A stretch of 39,657 nt of DNA from positions 1 to 39,657 of IMG/VR virus record IMGVR_UViG_3300033067_001825; one strand, given 5' to 3'. Both the position numbers and the translations under genes were made by a program. Below, in pieces: positions 26,601-34,413 of the stretch. The notes beneath the pieces were generated by a model. The model saw only the letters and a program-made list of their open reading frames with translations, had not been told where the DNA came from and did not search any database. The stretch's first letter is position 1. Each line of letters starts with the position of its first letter. The DNA is from a virus. Lineage: Duplodnaviria; Caudoviricetes.

Positions 26601-26818
26601 GTCTCCTCCAACTCTCCGGGATTCCCGGATGGTTCGACCGGCAGCGGGCACCACTCGGGCGGCGGCTCGTACGGGTTGTCCACGCGTCGGCCGAGCGATC
26701 GGCTTGCGTGGCGGCATTCGCCCCAACCATCCACGCCCCACCAACCATCCACGCCCACGCTGGGGCAGTCCACGCACCGCTCCACCACCACTGTCAGCAC
26801 GCGGCGGGGGCGGGTCAT
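26597..26818 (-). CDS. Small Cys protein (CxxC...C...PEWCP)
   Basis: CVDCP, ECRH, PPEWCPL; 18-bp internal duplication at 26723-26756. Confidence 0.65.
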   Translation of the reverse strand: MTRPRRVLTVVVERCVDCPSVGVDGWWGVDGWGECRHASRSLGRRVDNPYEPPPEWCPLPVEPSGNPGELEET

Positions 26819-27225
26819 GGCTGCGCCTCGTGGCACCTCACGGCAAAGCCACCGTAGTACCCGTTGTGCTCGTTGTGCGTGCAGCACACGAGGTCGCCGC
26901 GGTCCGTGTGGACGCGAAGAAAAGCCGTCTCGTGGCAGCAGCCGTGGCTATCGTCGGTGGTCGGCCCCTCGGCCACCTCCCCGCCCATCAGCTTGGCGCC
27001 CACGAACGACGCGAGGTCATCGTCGCAGGTCATGTAGCGCGATTCGCAGCACGACTGCCCGTCGTCGCTCAGCATGATGGCGCTGCCGTCGCTGAACGCG
27101 ATACGCAGGCCCTTGTCGCTGTCGAGCGTGACCGATGCGATCGTCTTGCCGATCGCAGCGCCGAACGCGCTGGCCGAGTCGGCGTTGCCGCCGAGCGTCT
27201 TGAGCATCACTCCGAGACCCATCAT
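26815..27225 (-). CDS. Conserved phage hypothetical protein (CCE motif)
   Basis: DGQSCCES and HNEHNGYYGG motifs common in phage early regions; GGAGG RBS. Confidence 0.75.
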   Translation of the reverse strand: MMGLGVMLKTLGGNADSASAFGAAIGKTIASVTLDSDKGLRIAFSDGSAIMLSDDGQSCCESRYMTCDDDLASFVGAKLMGGEVAEGPTTDDSHGCCHETAFLRVHTDRGDLVCCTHNEHNGYYGGFAVRCHEAQP

Positions 27226-27234
27226 CGTCCACCT

Positions 27235-27474
27235 CCACCCTGGCAGCCACCCTGGCTACCGTACGTCACCCGTCGCTCCACGTCGTCGGTCGCGCCATCA
27301 GCGGCGCCAGGACGACTCGGAAATCACGTGCTGCACGCACCTGTCAGCGGGAGCGTGCATGCTTCCCAAGCTGAATGTCGTGGGTTCAAATCCCATAGCC
27401 CGCTTCGGAATCACTCAGGTTTTCGGCGCCATCGGCCGCCTCGAGCGGCGCGCACCCTGGCTCGGACCCTGGGA
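27235..27474. repeat. Integrase arm-type repeats flanking attP
   Basis: CCACCCTGGC at 27235 and 27247; CACCCTGGCT at 27453 and GACCCTGGGA at 27465; 12-bp period on each side. Confidence 0.7.
27361..27404 (+). other. attP core: 3' half of tRNA-Gly(CCC)
   Basis: Anticodon loop TTCCCAA, T-arm GTGGG-TTCAAAT-CCCAT, acceptor 3' strand AGCCCGC plus U discriminator; 5' half absent; ~300 bp from integrase end. Confidence 0.9.
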
Positions 27475-27708
27475 CGCAGGGTCAATCCGCGCCTCGCTCC
27501 ACACGAACGCGAGCCCGACGCGGTGCCACCCACCCGTCCAGAAAAGCGCACCGTTGACCTTGATGACGTTCAACGGCATGCGTCCAGCGCGCTCGTGTCG
27601 CTCTCGCAACACACCGCCGATGCCTCCGGCCTCAGACACGGCGACGCACAGCGCGCTCTCGATGCGTTCGGACTCCACGCGGTACATCTCTTCGGCAATG
27701 TCCATCAC
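27415..27708 (-). CDS. Hypothetical protein between int and attP
   Basis: Coupled to integrase stop; 3' end overlaps arm repeats. Confidence 0.45.
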   Translation of the reverse strand: MMDIAEEMYRVESERIESALCVAVSEAGGIGGVLRERHERAGRMPLNVIKVNGALFWTGGWHRVGLAFVWSEARIDPASQGPSQGARRSRRPMAPKT

Positions 27709-28856
27709 TCACCCCTCACCATCTGCACGACCGCGCCCACCGCGGCCCGCTTCTCGTCTCGGCTGACCTTGCTGTACCGCCGGCCGATCGACTCGTCGGC
27801 GTGGCCCACGAGCGCCTGACGCACCAGCTCGGGCGCCGACTGCCGCAGGACGTTGTTCCACGTGTGGCGCAGCACGTGGACCGCTGGCCTCCCCGCCAGG
27901 TCGATGCGCGCCACGCGGCACACGCGCGCGATGCTCTTCGCCACGTGCCCGTTCGTGACGTAGCCGCTGCCGGACGAGCGCCGCGATGGGAACACGAGCC
28001 GCGACGCGAGCCCGTGCCGCTCCATCATCGCCGCGCGGTGCTCGGTGAGCGTGGCCACGACGCATTCCGGTAGCACGACCTCGCGGTGACTCGCGGCGGC
28101 CTTCGGCGAGCCGACCTTGCCGCGCCACACGCTGCGCCTCACGCGCGCCACGCCGGCCGGCAGGTCGAGGTCGCGCCACTCGAGCGCGCGGGCCTCGCCG
28201 CTCCTCATCCCCGTCCACGCCATGAGCTCCACCAGCGCCCACGCACGCGCCCACGCCGGCATCACCTCGCCGTCGAGCGTGAGCCACGCGCGCGGACCGG
28301 CCGCCAGAAAGCGCCGCAGTTCGGCGAGAGACAGGCCGCGCCCCTCGTCCTCGATGCGCTCCGCCTCGGGCTGGGGCCGCTGCATGCGCACGCCCTCGAC
28401 GATGCGCGCGTGGCCGGACGCCTCGGCGAACGTGCGCAGCACGCGCAGCCGCCCGCTCGCCGTGTCGAACGCGTCGCCACCATCCATCGCTCCGGCCAGC
28501 GCCTCGCGCACGTCGCGCGGCTCGAGCGCGTCGAGCCAGTACAGGCCAAGCACGCCCTGCCACCAGCGGACGGCCGTCGTGTACGTGCTCTGCGTGGACG
28601 GCTTGAGCGCGTGCTTCGCCTCCGTCAGCCACGCGTCGAGCGCCTCGCCGAGACGCTCACGCCGCGCGGCGCGGGCGGCGCGCTCGTTCAGCCATTCGCT
28701 TCGCGCGCTCGCGCGGAGACTCGCCGCCGTCGCTGCGTCCGGCGCCGTCACCACGCGGTCCAGGAAGTGCGTGCGCCCCGTCTTGGGGTGGCGCATCTCC
28801 GACGTGATGCGGTACCGCCCCGGCCCCACTCGTCGCACGCCTGGATGTCGTCGCAT
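27705..28856 (-). CDS. int: Tyrosine integrase
   Basis: TGMRSGE (R), PK (K), HVLRH (HxxR), VGH and RRY catalytic residues; AGGAG RBS before ATG 28856. Confidence 0.95.
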   Translation of the reverse strand: MRRHPGVRRVGPGRYRITSEMRHPKTGRTHFLDRVVTAPDAATAASLRASARSEWLNERAARAARRERLGEALDAWLTEAKHALKPSTQSTYTTAVRWWQGVLGLYWLDALEPRDVREALAGAMDGGDAFDTASGRLRVLRTFAEASGHARIVEGVRMQRPQPEAERIEDEGRGLSLAELRRFLAAGPRAWLTLDGEVMPAWARAWALVELMAWTGMRSGEARALEWRDLDLPAGVARVRRSVWRGKVGSPKAAASHREVVLPECVVATLTEHRAAMMERHGLASRLVFPSRRSSGSGYVTNGHVAKSIARVCRVARIDLAGRPAVHVLRHTWNNVLRQSAPELVRQALVGHADESIGRRYSKVSRDEKRAAVGAVVQMVRGE

Positions 28857-29034
28857 ACTCCTGCCCTCGTCGGATCCACTCGTCCACAGCCTGCTCGGTG
28901 AACAGCAGCACGCCGCGCCCACCTCGACCGTACGGCACCGGCCCGCGCCCGCGTCTCACGGCCGTGGCCACCGCCCCCGGCGTCACGCGCAGGATGGCCG
29001 CCACCTCGGCGGTGCTGAGGAGGCGCGTGGTCAC
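28657..29034 (-). CDS. xis: Excisionase (HTH_17-like)
   Basis: LLSTAEVAAILRVT...LLFTEQAVDEWI; directly upstream of int and overlapping it by ~200 nt. Confidence 0.8.
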   Translation of the reverse strand: MTTRLLSTAEVAAILRVTPGAVATAVRRGRGPVPYGRGGRGVLLFTEQAVDEWIRRGQEYATTSRRATSGAGAVPHHVGDAPPQDGAHALPGPRGDGAGRSDGGESPRERAKRMAERARRPRRAA

Positions 29035-29324
29035 TTGTTCACCGGCGAGCCGTAGCCCCACCGCCGCTTGAACTCGATGCCGGCCAGCGCAGCAAACCGG
29101 CCGGCCTCCGTGATGCGATATGTCGGCATGCCGCCCGACAATTCTGTGGGCAGCGAAACGCGTTCTGCGTATCCTGCGTCAACCAACTCGTCGAACGACG
29201 GCCTATCGCAATCTCCAGCGACGAAGTGGTTTCGGAATGGAGCGGACCACCGACGACCGCGAGCGTACGTGTACTCATGCACGCCAAGAGCGTGGCGCAT
29301 GAGGTCATATCTGAGCGCGCTCAT
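29031..29324 (-). CDS. Hypothetical winged-helix-like protein
   Basis: HALG...FRNHF...ELVDAGYA...YRITEAG; lower GC than neighbours. Confidence 0.65.
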   Translation of the reverse strand: MSALRYDLMRHALGVHEYTYARGRRWSAPFRNHFVAGDCDRPSFDELVDAGYAERVSLPTELSGGMPTYRITEAGRFAALAGIEFKRRWGYGSPVNK

Positions 29325-29737
29325 CGCCCACCTCGCGCCGGCCGCTCGTGCGTCGCCCACCACTGCGCCGCCTGCTCCCACAGCGGGGTGATGCGGCGGC
29401 ACGAGCGCGTGCTGAACACGGGGCCGCAGCCCGCGACGTGAGCCGATACGTAGTGCGACTGGTTCGGCGCCGGCTTGCGCGGCAGGAACGCACAGCAGCG
29501 GTTGCACACGCGCCCCGTGACGCGCCCATAGTCCCCCGCGTCAGCCCTGAGCCTAGCGCGCAGGTAGAGCGCGAGGCGGGCGCGGAGGTCGCTCGGGGTG
29601 GTGTCGCGGCACGCGGCAAACGCAGCGTCCGCCACGTCGCGAGGGCCGCGCATGAGCACGGCAATGGCCTCCATGTAGTCTCCGCGCCGCGCGAGGCACA
29701 GCGCCCATGCCATCGCCGCCCTGTCCCGCCGCGTCAC
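29321..29737 (-). CDS. Hypothetical Cys-containing protein
   Basis: Coupled ORF, CNRCC...C...C. Confidence 0.5.
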   Translation of the reverse strand: MTRRDRAAMAWALCLARRGDYMEAIAVLMRGPRDVADAAFAACRDTTPSDLRARLALYLRARLRADAGDYGRVTGRVCNRCCAFLPRKPAPNQSHYVSAHVAGCGPVFSTRSCRRITPLWEQAAQWWATHERPARGGR

Positions 29738-30108
29738 GACCGGCCTCCGAGGGCGCGGATGCGGCGTGCGCATGTCTGCGACGCCCACACCGCAAGGATG
29801 TTCTCCTTCAACTCGTCCGCGTACGCCTCGCACACCCTCGCGCAACGCTCCCGCTCCTCCGCCCGCACCCGATCGTCGTGCTCGCGCGCGGCCTGGGCGG
29901 TGTCGGCGAGAACATCGCGCAACGCCACGGCCGCGTCGATCGGGCACCACTCGGGGATCACGTCATCGCCGGGCAGGTCGCGCATGTATGTGTCCGGGTG
30001 CGCGCACCGCTCCGGCTGCTCGCGGTCGCAGTGGACGCACCGCTCCAACGCGCGCTTGTCGTAGTGCGCGCAATCCGCGCACGACCTCAGCACCACCAGC
30101 ACGCTCAT
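29734..30108 (-). CDS. Cys protein with PEWCP motif and ERERCA tail
   Basis: CADC, CVHC, CAHP, IPEWCPI, EERERCARVCE. Confidence 0.65.
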   Translation of the reverse strand: MSVLVVLRSCADCAHYDKRALERCVHCDREQPERCAHPDTYMRDLPGDDVIPEWCPIDAAVALRDVLADTAQAAREHDDRVRAEERERCARVCEAYADELKENILAVWASQTCARRIRALGGRS

Positions 30109-30674
30109 CGCGCACCTCGCTTCGCGCGGCTGGCGAGGAGGCGGGCGCACGCGGCGTCGAAGTCGCCCCACGCGGCCTGCACAGGCCCGTCGGGGTCGGA
30201 GTCAAGCGGCGCTCCAGAGACAACCAGCGCCGCCTCCACCACCGCCCGCTCCGCCTCGCGCTCCTCGTCGGTGGGCAGGTGGCGCGAGACGATGGCGTCG
30301 AGGTCGGCGGGCGGACCCTTGCCGATGGCCGCGAGCCCGGTCGTGTGCAGCACCTCCTCCGCGATGCGCATCGCCACGTCACGCGGCAGCGCGGGCGCGG
30401 GGCGCTCGTGCGGGCGCACCGAGTATCCCGGCCGCTTGCGCGCCTCGTCCAGCAGCGGGTCGCCCTCCGGCCGCGTGTAGTGGACGTAGCCGCCCTCCCA
30501 CACGTCGAACAAACGCGGCGGCGCGGGGTGCTGCGCTTCCACGGCGGCGATGATGGCGTCGAGGTCGTCGTCCGAGATCATCTCCTCGGGATCCTCCACG
30601 CCGTCACACGCCGCGCGCACCGCCTCCGCGATGGCCCTGTCACGCTCACTGCCTACTCGCTCTTCCTTCTTCAT
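30105..30674 (-). CDS. Hypothetical protein
   Basis: GAGGAGG RBS before MKKEER; internal repeat DLDAI occurs twice. Confidence 0.6.
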   Translation of the reverse strand: MKKEERVGSERDRAIAEAVRAACDGVEDPEEMISDDDLDAIIAAVEAQHPAPPRLFDVWEGGYVHYTRPEGDPLLDEARKRPGYSVRPHERPAPALPRDVAMRIAEEVLHTTGLAAIGKGPPADLDAIVSRHLPTDEEREAERAVVEAALVVSGAPLDSDPDGPVQAAWGDFDAACARLLASRAKRGAR

Positions 30675-30826
30675 CGTGTCCTCCTCATCGCGCTCCCGTC
30701 CTGCCCTCGTCGGCCGCCCCGGCACGCTCGACCATTCGAGCGAGGCGAGGCGGGTGGTGCGTGCGCGGCCGTGGTGCGAACGCGCAGCCCGACGAGCGCA
30801 GGACGCGGGCGCGATGCCCGCGTGAC

Positions 30827-31681
30827 TCACGTCTCGTCCGGCGGCGGCGCGTCCTGCTCGCTCGGGTCGTAGCTGGGCGCCTCGGCCGTGCCGTCGAGCC
30901 AGGCGGCCACGACGTGCGCGGGCACCTCGAGCTGCGCAGCGCGCTGCATCACGCGCTCCCGGCCGCCGCGCTGCCCGAGCGCGTACGCGCCGTGATGCGC
31001 GCACCAGTCGCGCAGTGCCTCCGGCGTGGTGAGCGACGCGAGGCGGGGCGGTGCTGCCGGCTCCGTGGGCTGCTGTGGCGTCGGCGGCATGACCTGCGCC
31101 TCGATCACCTGCGCGGCCGGCACGCCGTCGCTGACCTCGCCGCTCTCGCTCTCGTACACGCTGCTGCCGCCGATCACCTCGGGGCAGAACGCGCGGATCG
31201 CCGACGAGATGCACCGAGCGCGCAGCATGGCGTCGGGGTAGCTCTTCCAGTTGCCCTGGCCCCACAGGCCAGCGGCCTTCGCCTGCTCCGCCGTGAAGCT
31301 CATCTGCTGCTCGGCCACGCCCGGCACCGTCACGCCGATCGTGGCGATCGTCGCGTCGGTCTTGATCCACCGCGTCTTGACGCCGCTGCGCCGCGCGAGC
31401 GCGAGCATCAGGTTCGCGCTGATGCTCGGCTTGCCCTTGATGACGTGGATCTCTCGCATCGCCTGCATGGGGCCGAGGCCGAGCTCGACGCCCGTCAGGA
31501 TCACCGCGGCCAGCGCCTCCGGCTTTCCGGCGTACGCGTCGGGCACGAATCCGCGCGCCTGCGCCAGCCGCTCGGCGAGCGCGAACACGTCGCGCATGCC
31601 GTGGATCTGCACCGACCCGCTCAGCGCCAGACCCGGCGCCTTCTGCTCGCCCACCACTGCCAGACTCTTCGCTTCACTCAT
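30827..31681 (-). CDS. recT: RecT-family single-strand annealing protein
   Basis: GVELGLGPMQAMREIHVIKGKP, AKAAGL...NWKSYPDAML.AR...R..CPEVIGG; next to exonuclease. Confidence 0.85.
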   Translation of the reverse strand: MSEAKSLAVVGEQKAPGLALSGSVQIHGMRDVFALAERLAQARGFVPDAYAGKPEALAAVILTGVELGLGPMQAMREIHVIKGKPSISANLMLALARRSGVKTRWIKTDATIATIGVTVPGVAEQQMSFTAEQAKAAGLWGQGNWKSYPDAMLRARCISSAIRAFCPEVIGGSSVYESESGEVSDGVPAAQVIEAQVMPPTPQQPTEPAAPPRLASLTTPEALRDWCAHHGAYALGQRGGRERVMQRAAQLEVPAHVVAAWLDGTAEAPSYDPSEQDAPPPDET

Positions 31682-32417
31682 TGCCGCTCTCCTCTCGCGC
31701 TCGCTCCACGAGCGCCCAACCCTTGCGAACGGCGTCGCGAATCTCCGCGATGGCCGTTTCGTCGCGCTGCACGGGCCACACGTCGATCGGCCCATGCGCG
31801 TCCAGCGACCAGCCCCACCCCTGACCGCACACCAGCAGCGCTGACGAGTGGCCGGTCACGGCCATCTGCGCTTGCACCTGAGTCTCCCAATACCACGGGA
31901 TCGACTCGCGCGGCTGGCGCGGACACTTGCACTCGACGAGCACGACATCGCCGAACACGTCGATCGCCCACGCGTCGGGCGTGGCTGCCAATCGGCAGTG
32001 CGCGTCGCGCAGAGGGAACATCCACTCCGGCACTGAGCTCGCGTGTGTCACGCTCGCAGCGTCGATGGAGTCGCGCGGGCCAAGGGTGGCGCGCCACGCC
32101 TCCAGCAGCTCGCGCTCGCGCCGCGTGCCGATGAGCGCCGCCTCTCCGACCTTGAGCGGAGCGCGTCGCCCCGCCTTTTCCAGAACGATACGCGGCCACA
32201 CACCGCCGCCGGCCACCTTGATCGGCTTCGCCCGGTCGCGCATGTACGCCGGGACCGTGGACGCGTCGCGCATCCCGAGTGCGAGGAAGAGGCTCGGCAC
32301 GTCCGACGCGCCCCACGACAGAGCGCGGCGCGCGAGCCAGCCAGTCTGCGCCGGCACCTCGCCGTCGGGTGCCGGCGCATACATCGCCTCAATGCTCATG
32401 TCGAGTGCGTCAGTCAT
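31674..32417 (-). CDS. YqaJ/lambda-exonuclease-like nuclease
   Basis: GASDV, ATPDA, VECKCP, YWETQVQAQM PD-(D/E)xK motifs. Confidence 0.88.
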   Translation of the reverse strand: MTDALDMSIEAMYAPAPDGEVPAQTGWLARRALSWGASDVPSLFLALGMRDASTVPAYMRDRAKPIKVAGGGVWPRIVLEKAGRRAPLKVGEAALIGTRRERELLEAWRATLGPRDSIDAASVTHASSVPEWMFPLRDAHCRLAATPDAWAIDVFGDVVLVECKCPRQPRESIPWYWETQVQAQMAVTGHSSALLVCGQGWGWSLDAHGPIDVWPVQRDETAIAEIRDAVRKGWALVERAREESGNE

Positions 32418-32695
32418 GCGCGACGCCTGCGCGCATCGGATGTCACAGTGCCGTTGCCGTAGCCGCTGCTACAGCCGCTGCCGTCGCCGTAGCCGCTGCC
32501 GTCGCCGTCGCCGTCGCCGTAGCTGTCGCCGTAGCCGTCGCCCCAGCCGTCGCCGTAGCCGTAGCCGTAGCCGTCGCCGTCGCCGTAGCCGTAGCCGCTG
32601 CCGTCGCCGTAGCCGCTGCCGTCGCCGTAGCCGTCGCCGCTACCGTAGCCGTCGCCGTAGCCGTAGCCGTAGCCGTTGCCGATCGGGCGCTCCAT
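32414..32695 (-). CDS. Gly-Tyr/Gly-Asp low-complexity repeat protein
   Basis: MERPIG then (G-X)n with X mostly Y/D/S for ~75 residues; TGATG and ATGA coupling. Confidence 0.75.
   Translation of the reverse strand: MERPIGNGYGYGYGDGYGSGDGYGDGSGYGDGSGYGYGDGDGYGYGYGDGWGDGYGDSYGDGDGDGSGYGDGSGCSSGYGNGTVTSDARRRRA
32449..32680. repeat. 6-bp period tandem repeat (GCCGTA/GCCGTC/GCCGCT)
   Basis: Directly visible; encodes the Gly-X repeat. Confidence 0.95.
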
Positions 32696-33012
32696 CAGAG
32701 CCCCCACTCGTCCGGCACCGACACGCAGAAAATCTCCGCGCCATCCGGGATGTCAACGCGGCTTGTCATCGTCTTGAGTTTCGCTCGCGCTGCCTTCGGA
32801 TCGGCGACCATGCCAGCGAATCCGACGCTCTCCCACGAGAGCACATGCACGGCGCGGTCGAGGTAGACGCGGCCAGCCTCGCGGGTCACATCGCCAGCGA
32901 AGATCCAGCCGCGGTCCACCACCACCACCGCGCGCCGTCCGGTCGGTCGCGGCGTCACCGCGTCCGCTCGCACGTACTCCACGCCATCGATCGTCACGCT
33001 CTGCTTGGTCAT
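32695..33012 (-). CDS. Sm-like beta protein (DUF6948-like)
   Basis: VTIDGVEYVR, VVVVDRGWIFAG, RAVHVLSW; GGAGGA RBS; this family is commonly next to GYGDG repeats. Confidence 0.65.
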   Translation of the reverse strand: MTKQSVTIDGVEYVRADAVTPRPTGRRAVVVVDRGWIFAGDVTREAGRVYLDRAVHVLSWESVGFAGMVADPKAARAKLKTMTSRVDIPDGAEIFCVSVPDEWGL

Positions 33013-33029
33013 GTTTCCTCCGTTGTCCA

Positions 33030-33173
33030 TCACTCCATCTCCATCTCGTCCTCGTGTCGTCGCCTCGCCCGCTCGCGCTCCACCTCGCGCTGCACGTCGC
33101 AACCGAGACGCTCGGGCAGGTGGCAAGCCAGCTCGTACAGCGTGGCCAGGTCGCGGTCGGATAGCTGGGTCAC
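33030..33173 (-). CDS. Small hypothetical protein
   Basis: MTQLSDRDLATL...; GTGA-coupled. Confidence 0.5.
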   Translation of the reverse strand: MTQLSDRDLATLYELACHLPERLGCDVQREVERERARRRHEDEMEME

Positions 33174-33436
33174 GCCGCCCCCCACGCGCTCTCCACGAAC
33201 ATCGGCGCGTCCGCCGGGTCGTACTCCGGCGTCTCGTCCTCCGGCGGGTTCTCGTCGGCGTCCCAGCCGGCCAGCACGGGAGTCGCGCCCAGGCCGCAGC
33301 AGGTCGGGCACTCGCAGGACGCCTCGATCGCGCTGCCGGTCTCCCAGTCGGTGCCGATCTGGCAATACAGCCGGCCATCGCCTCGGCACTCCCAGCACGG
33401 CTCGAGAGTCTGCACGGCCTCGATAGGCAGAGTCAC
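33170..33436 (-). CDS. DnaJ-type zinc finger protein
   Basis: CWECRGDG and CPTCCGLG (two CxxCxGxG), acidic tail. Confidence 0.7.
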   Translation of the reverse strand: MTLPIEAVQTLEPCWECRGDGRLYCQIGTDWETGSAIEASCECPTCCGLGATPVLAGWDADENPPEDETPEYDPADAPMFVESAWGAA

Positions 33437-33636
33437 AGCGCACCTCCCGGCGGCAGCGTCTCCCGCGCATCACCCTCGGCCCGGCGGGCCAGCTCGCGAG
33501 CGCAGGCGTCGGCCAGCTCCTGGTAGCCGTGGACTCCGGCGCGGTCAGCGAGCGCCAGAAAGCGCGCGTCAGCGCCCAGGCGCACCAGCGTCGCGCGGTC
33601 GTAGCAGGCCAGAGTTTCGGCGTAGCGGTCAGTCAC
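33433..33636 (-). CDS. Small hypothetical protein
   Basis: Coupled ORF in early leftward operon. Confidence 0.55.
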   Translation of the reverse strand: MTDRYAETLACYDRATLVRLGADARFLALADRAGVHGYQELADACARELARRAEGDARETLPPGGAL

Positions 33637-33868
33637 GGCCGCGGCTCCACGTCACGAGCCCGCGCTCACGCAGCGCGGCCCACGTCTCGTTCGCAGTGAT
33701 CTGGCCGAGGCACTCGCCGTCGGCGGTGTGGACGATGCGCCCCTGTCGGTTCGGGTTGCCCGGCTCGTGGCGCCAGCCGTAGTGCGCGAGCACCTCGGAC
33801 AGCGTGGACTTCGCGCTCGGCTTCTCGTTGCCCATCCGTTCCTCCTCGTCGGCGTCGCCGCCGTTCAT
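33629..33868 (-). CDS. First gene of leftward early operon, hypothetical
   Basis: ATG 33868 lies 8 nt after PL -10; alternative ATG (MGNEK) has a GAGGAGG RBS. Confidence 0.6.
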   Translation of the reverse strand: MNGGDADEEERMGNEKPSAKSTLSEVLAHYGWRHEPGNPNRQGRIVHTADGECLGQITANETWAALRERGLVTWSRGRD

Positions 33869-33905
33869 TACGGTGAACCGTAGTACGGCGTACCGTAACG
33901 CGCAA
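33869..33905 (-). promoter_or_regulatory. PL with operators OL1/OL2
   Basis: TTGCGC(33905-33900)-N17-TACGGT(33882-33877); TACGG-N4-CCGTA dyads at 33869-33882 and 33884-33897. Confidence 0.85.
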
Positions 33906-33919
33906 GCGTGATCCGACAA

Positions 33920-33943
33920 CAAAATCGCAACGCTGCGATTTTG
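33920..33943. terminator. Inverted repeat downstream of repressor (terminator-like)
   Basis: CAAAATCGCA-ACGC-TGCGATTTTG. Confidence 0.55.
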
Positions 33944-33963
33944 CCTAGGTTTGCGGCGCGCGT

Positions 33964-34302
33964 TTAGCGCTCGGAGTTTGCTCGGTACAGTGCCAGGAGC
34001 TGCCGATACTCACCGACCGTCGGCTCTTTCGCCCACGAAAACAGCCTTATCGTCCACGTTTCCACATCGGTCATCGACGCGCCCTCTGGCGTGCGCCGGA
34101 ATGCGTCGAAGGCTGGCGGCGGGTCCTCATCCACCATCGGCCCGAGCAGCTTTGCCTCCGCGATGCCAAGCGCCTTGGCGAGGCGATGCAGGTTTTTCCC
34201 AAGCGGGATCGTGGTGCCGAGCAGCCACGCCTGAGCCGTCTGCCAGCGCACGTTGACCGCCTGGGCGAGCCAAGTCGTCGCTTCCTCCTCGGGCACTCCC
34301 AT
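33964..34302 (-). CDS. cI: Repressor (CI-like XRE HTH)
   Basis: WLAQAVNVRWQTAQAWLLGTTIP..NLHRLAKALGI; divergent from cro between two operator pairs; start uncertain; no S24 peptidase domain seen. Confidence 0.8.
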   Translation of the reverse strand: MGVPEEEATTWLAQAVNVRWQTAQAWLLGTTIPLGKNLHRLAKALGIAEAKLLGPMVDEDPPPAFDAFRRTPEGASMTDVETWTIRLFSWAKEPTVGEYRQLLALYRANSER

Positions 34303-34358
34303 CTCGTCTAGCAGCCTCCAACGCTGCGACGATGCGGCGCAATAGTCGCGCGCAACGC

Positions 34359-34413
34359 TACGGCGTACCGAAACGCCTTGCGCGACGCTACGGCGTACCG
34401 TACGATGCGTCGC
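34359..34413 (+). promoter_or_regulatory. PR with operators OR1/OR2 (leaderless cro)
   Basis: TTGCGC(34378-34383)-N17-TACGAT(34401-34406), ATG 7 nt later; dyads at 34359-34372 and 34389-34402. Confidence 0.85.

Noticed and set aside
27330-27410. Complete functional tRNA-Gly gene
   Set aside because: The 5' acceptor strand, D-arm and CCA end are missing; only the 3' half is present
27298-27414. Minus-strand ORF across attP (…GFEPTTFSLG…)
   Set aside because: GFEPTT is the usual antisense translation of a tRNA T-arm; probably spurious
32279-32866. Plus-strand poly-(Ala-Val) and Arg/Ser-rich ORFs over the tandem repeat
   Set aside because: Antisense readings of the Gly-X repeat; only the minus frame has coupled start/stop overlaps
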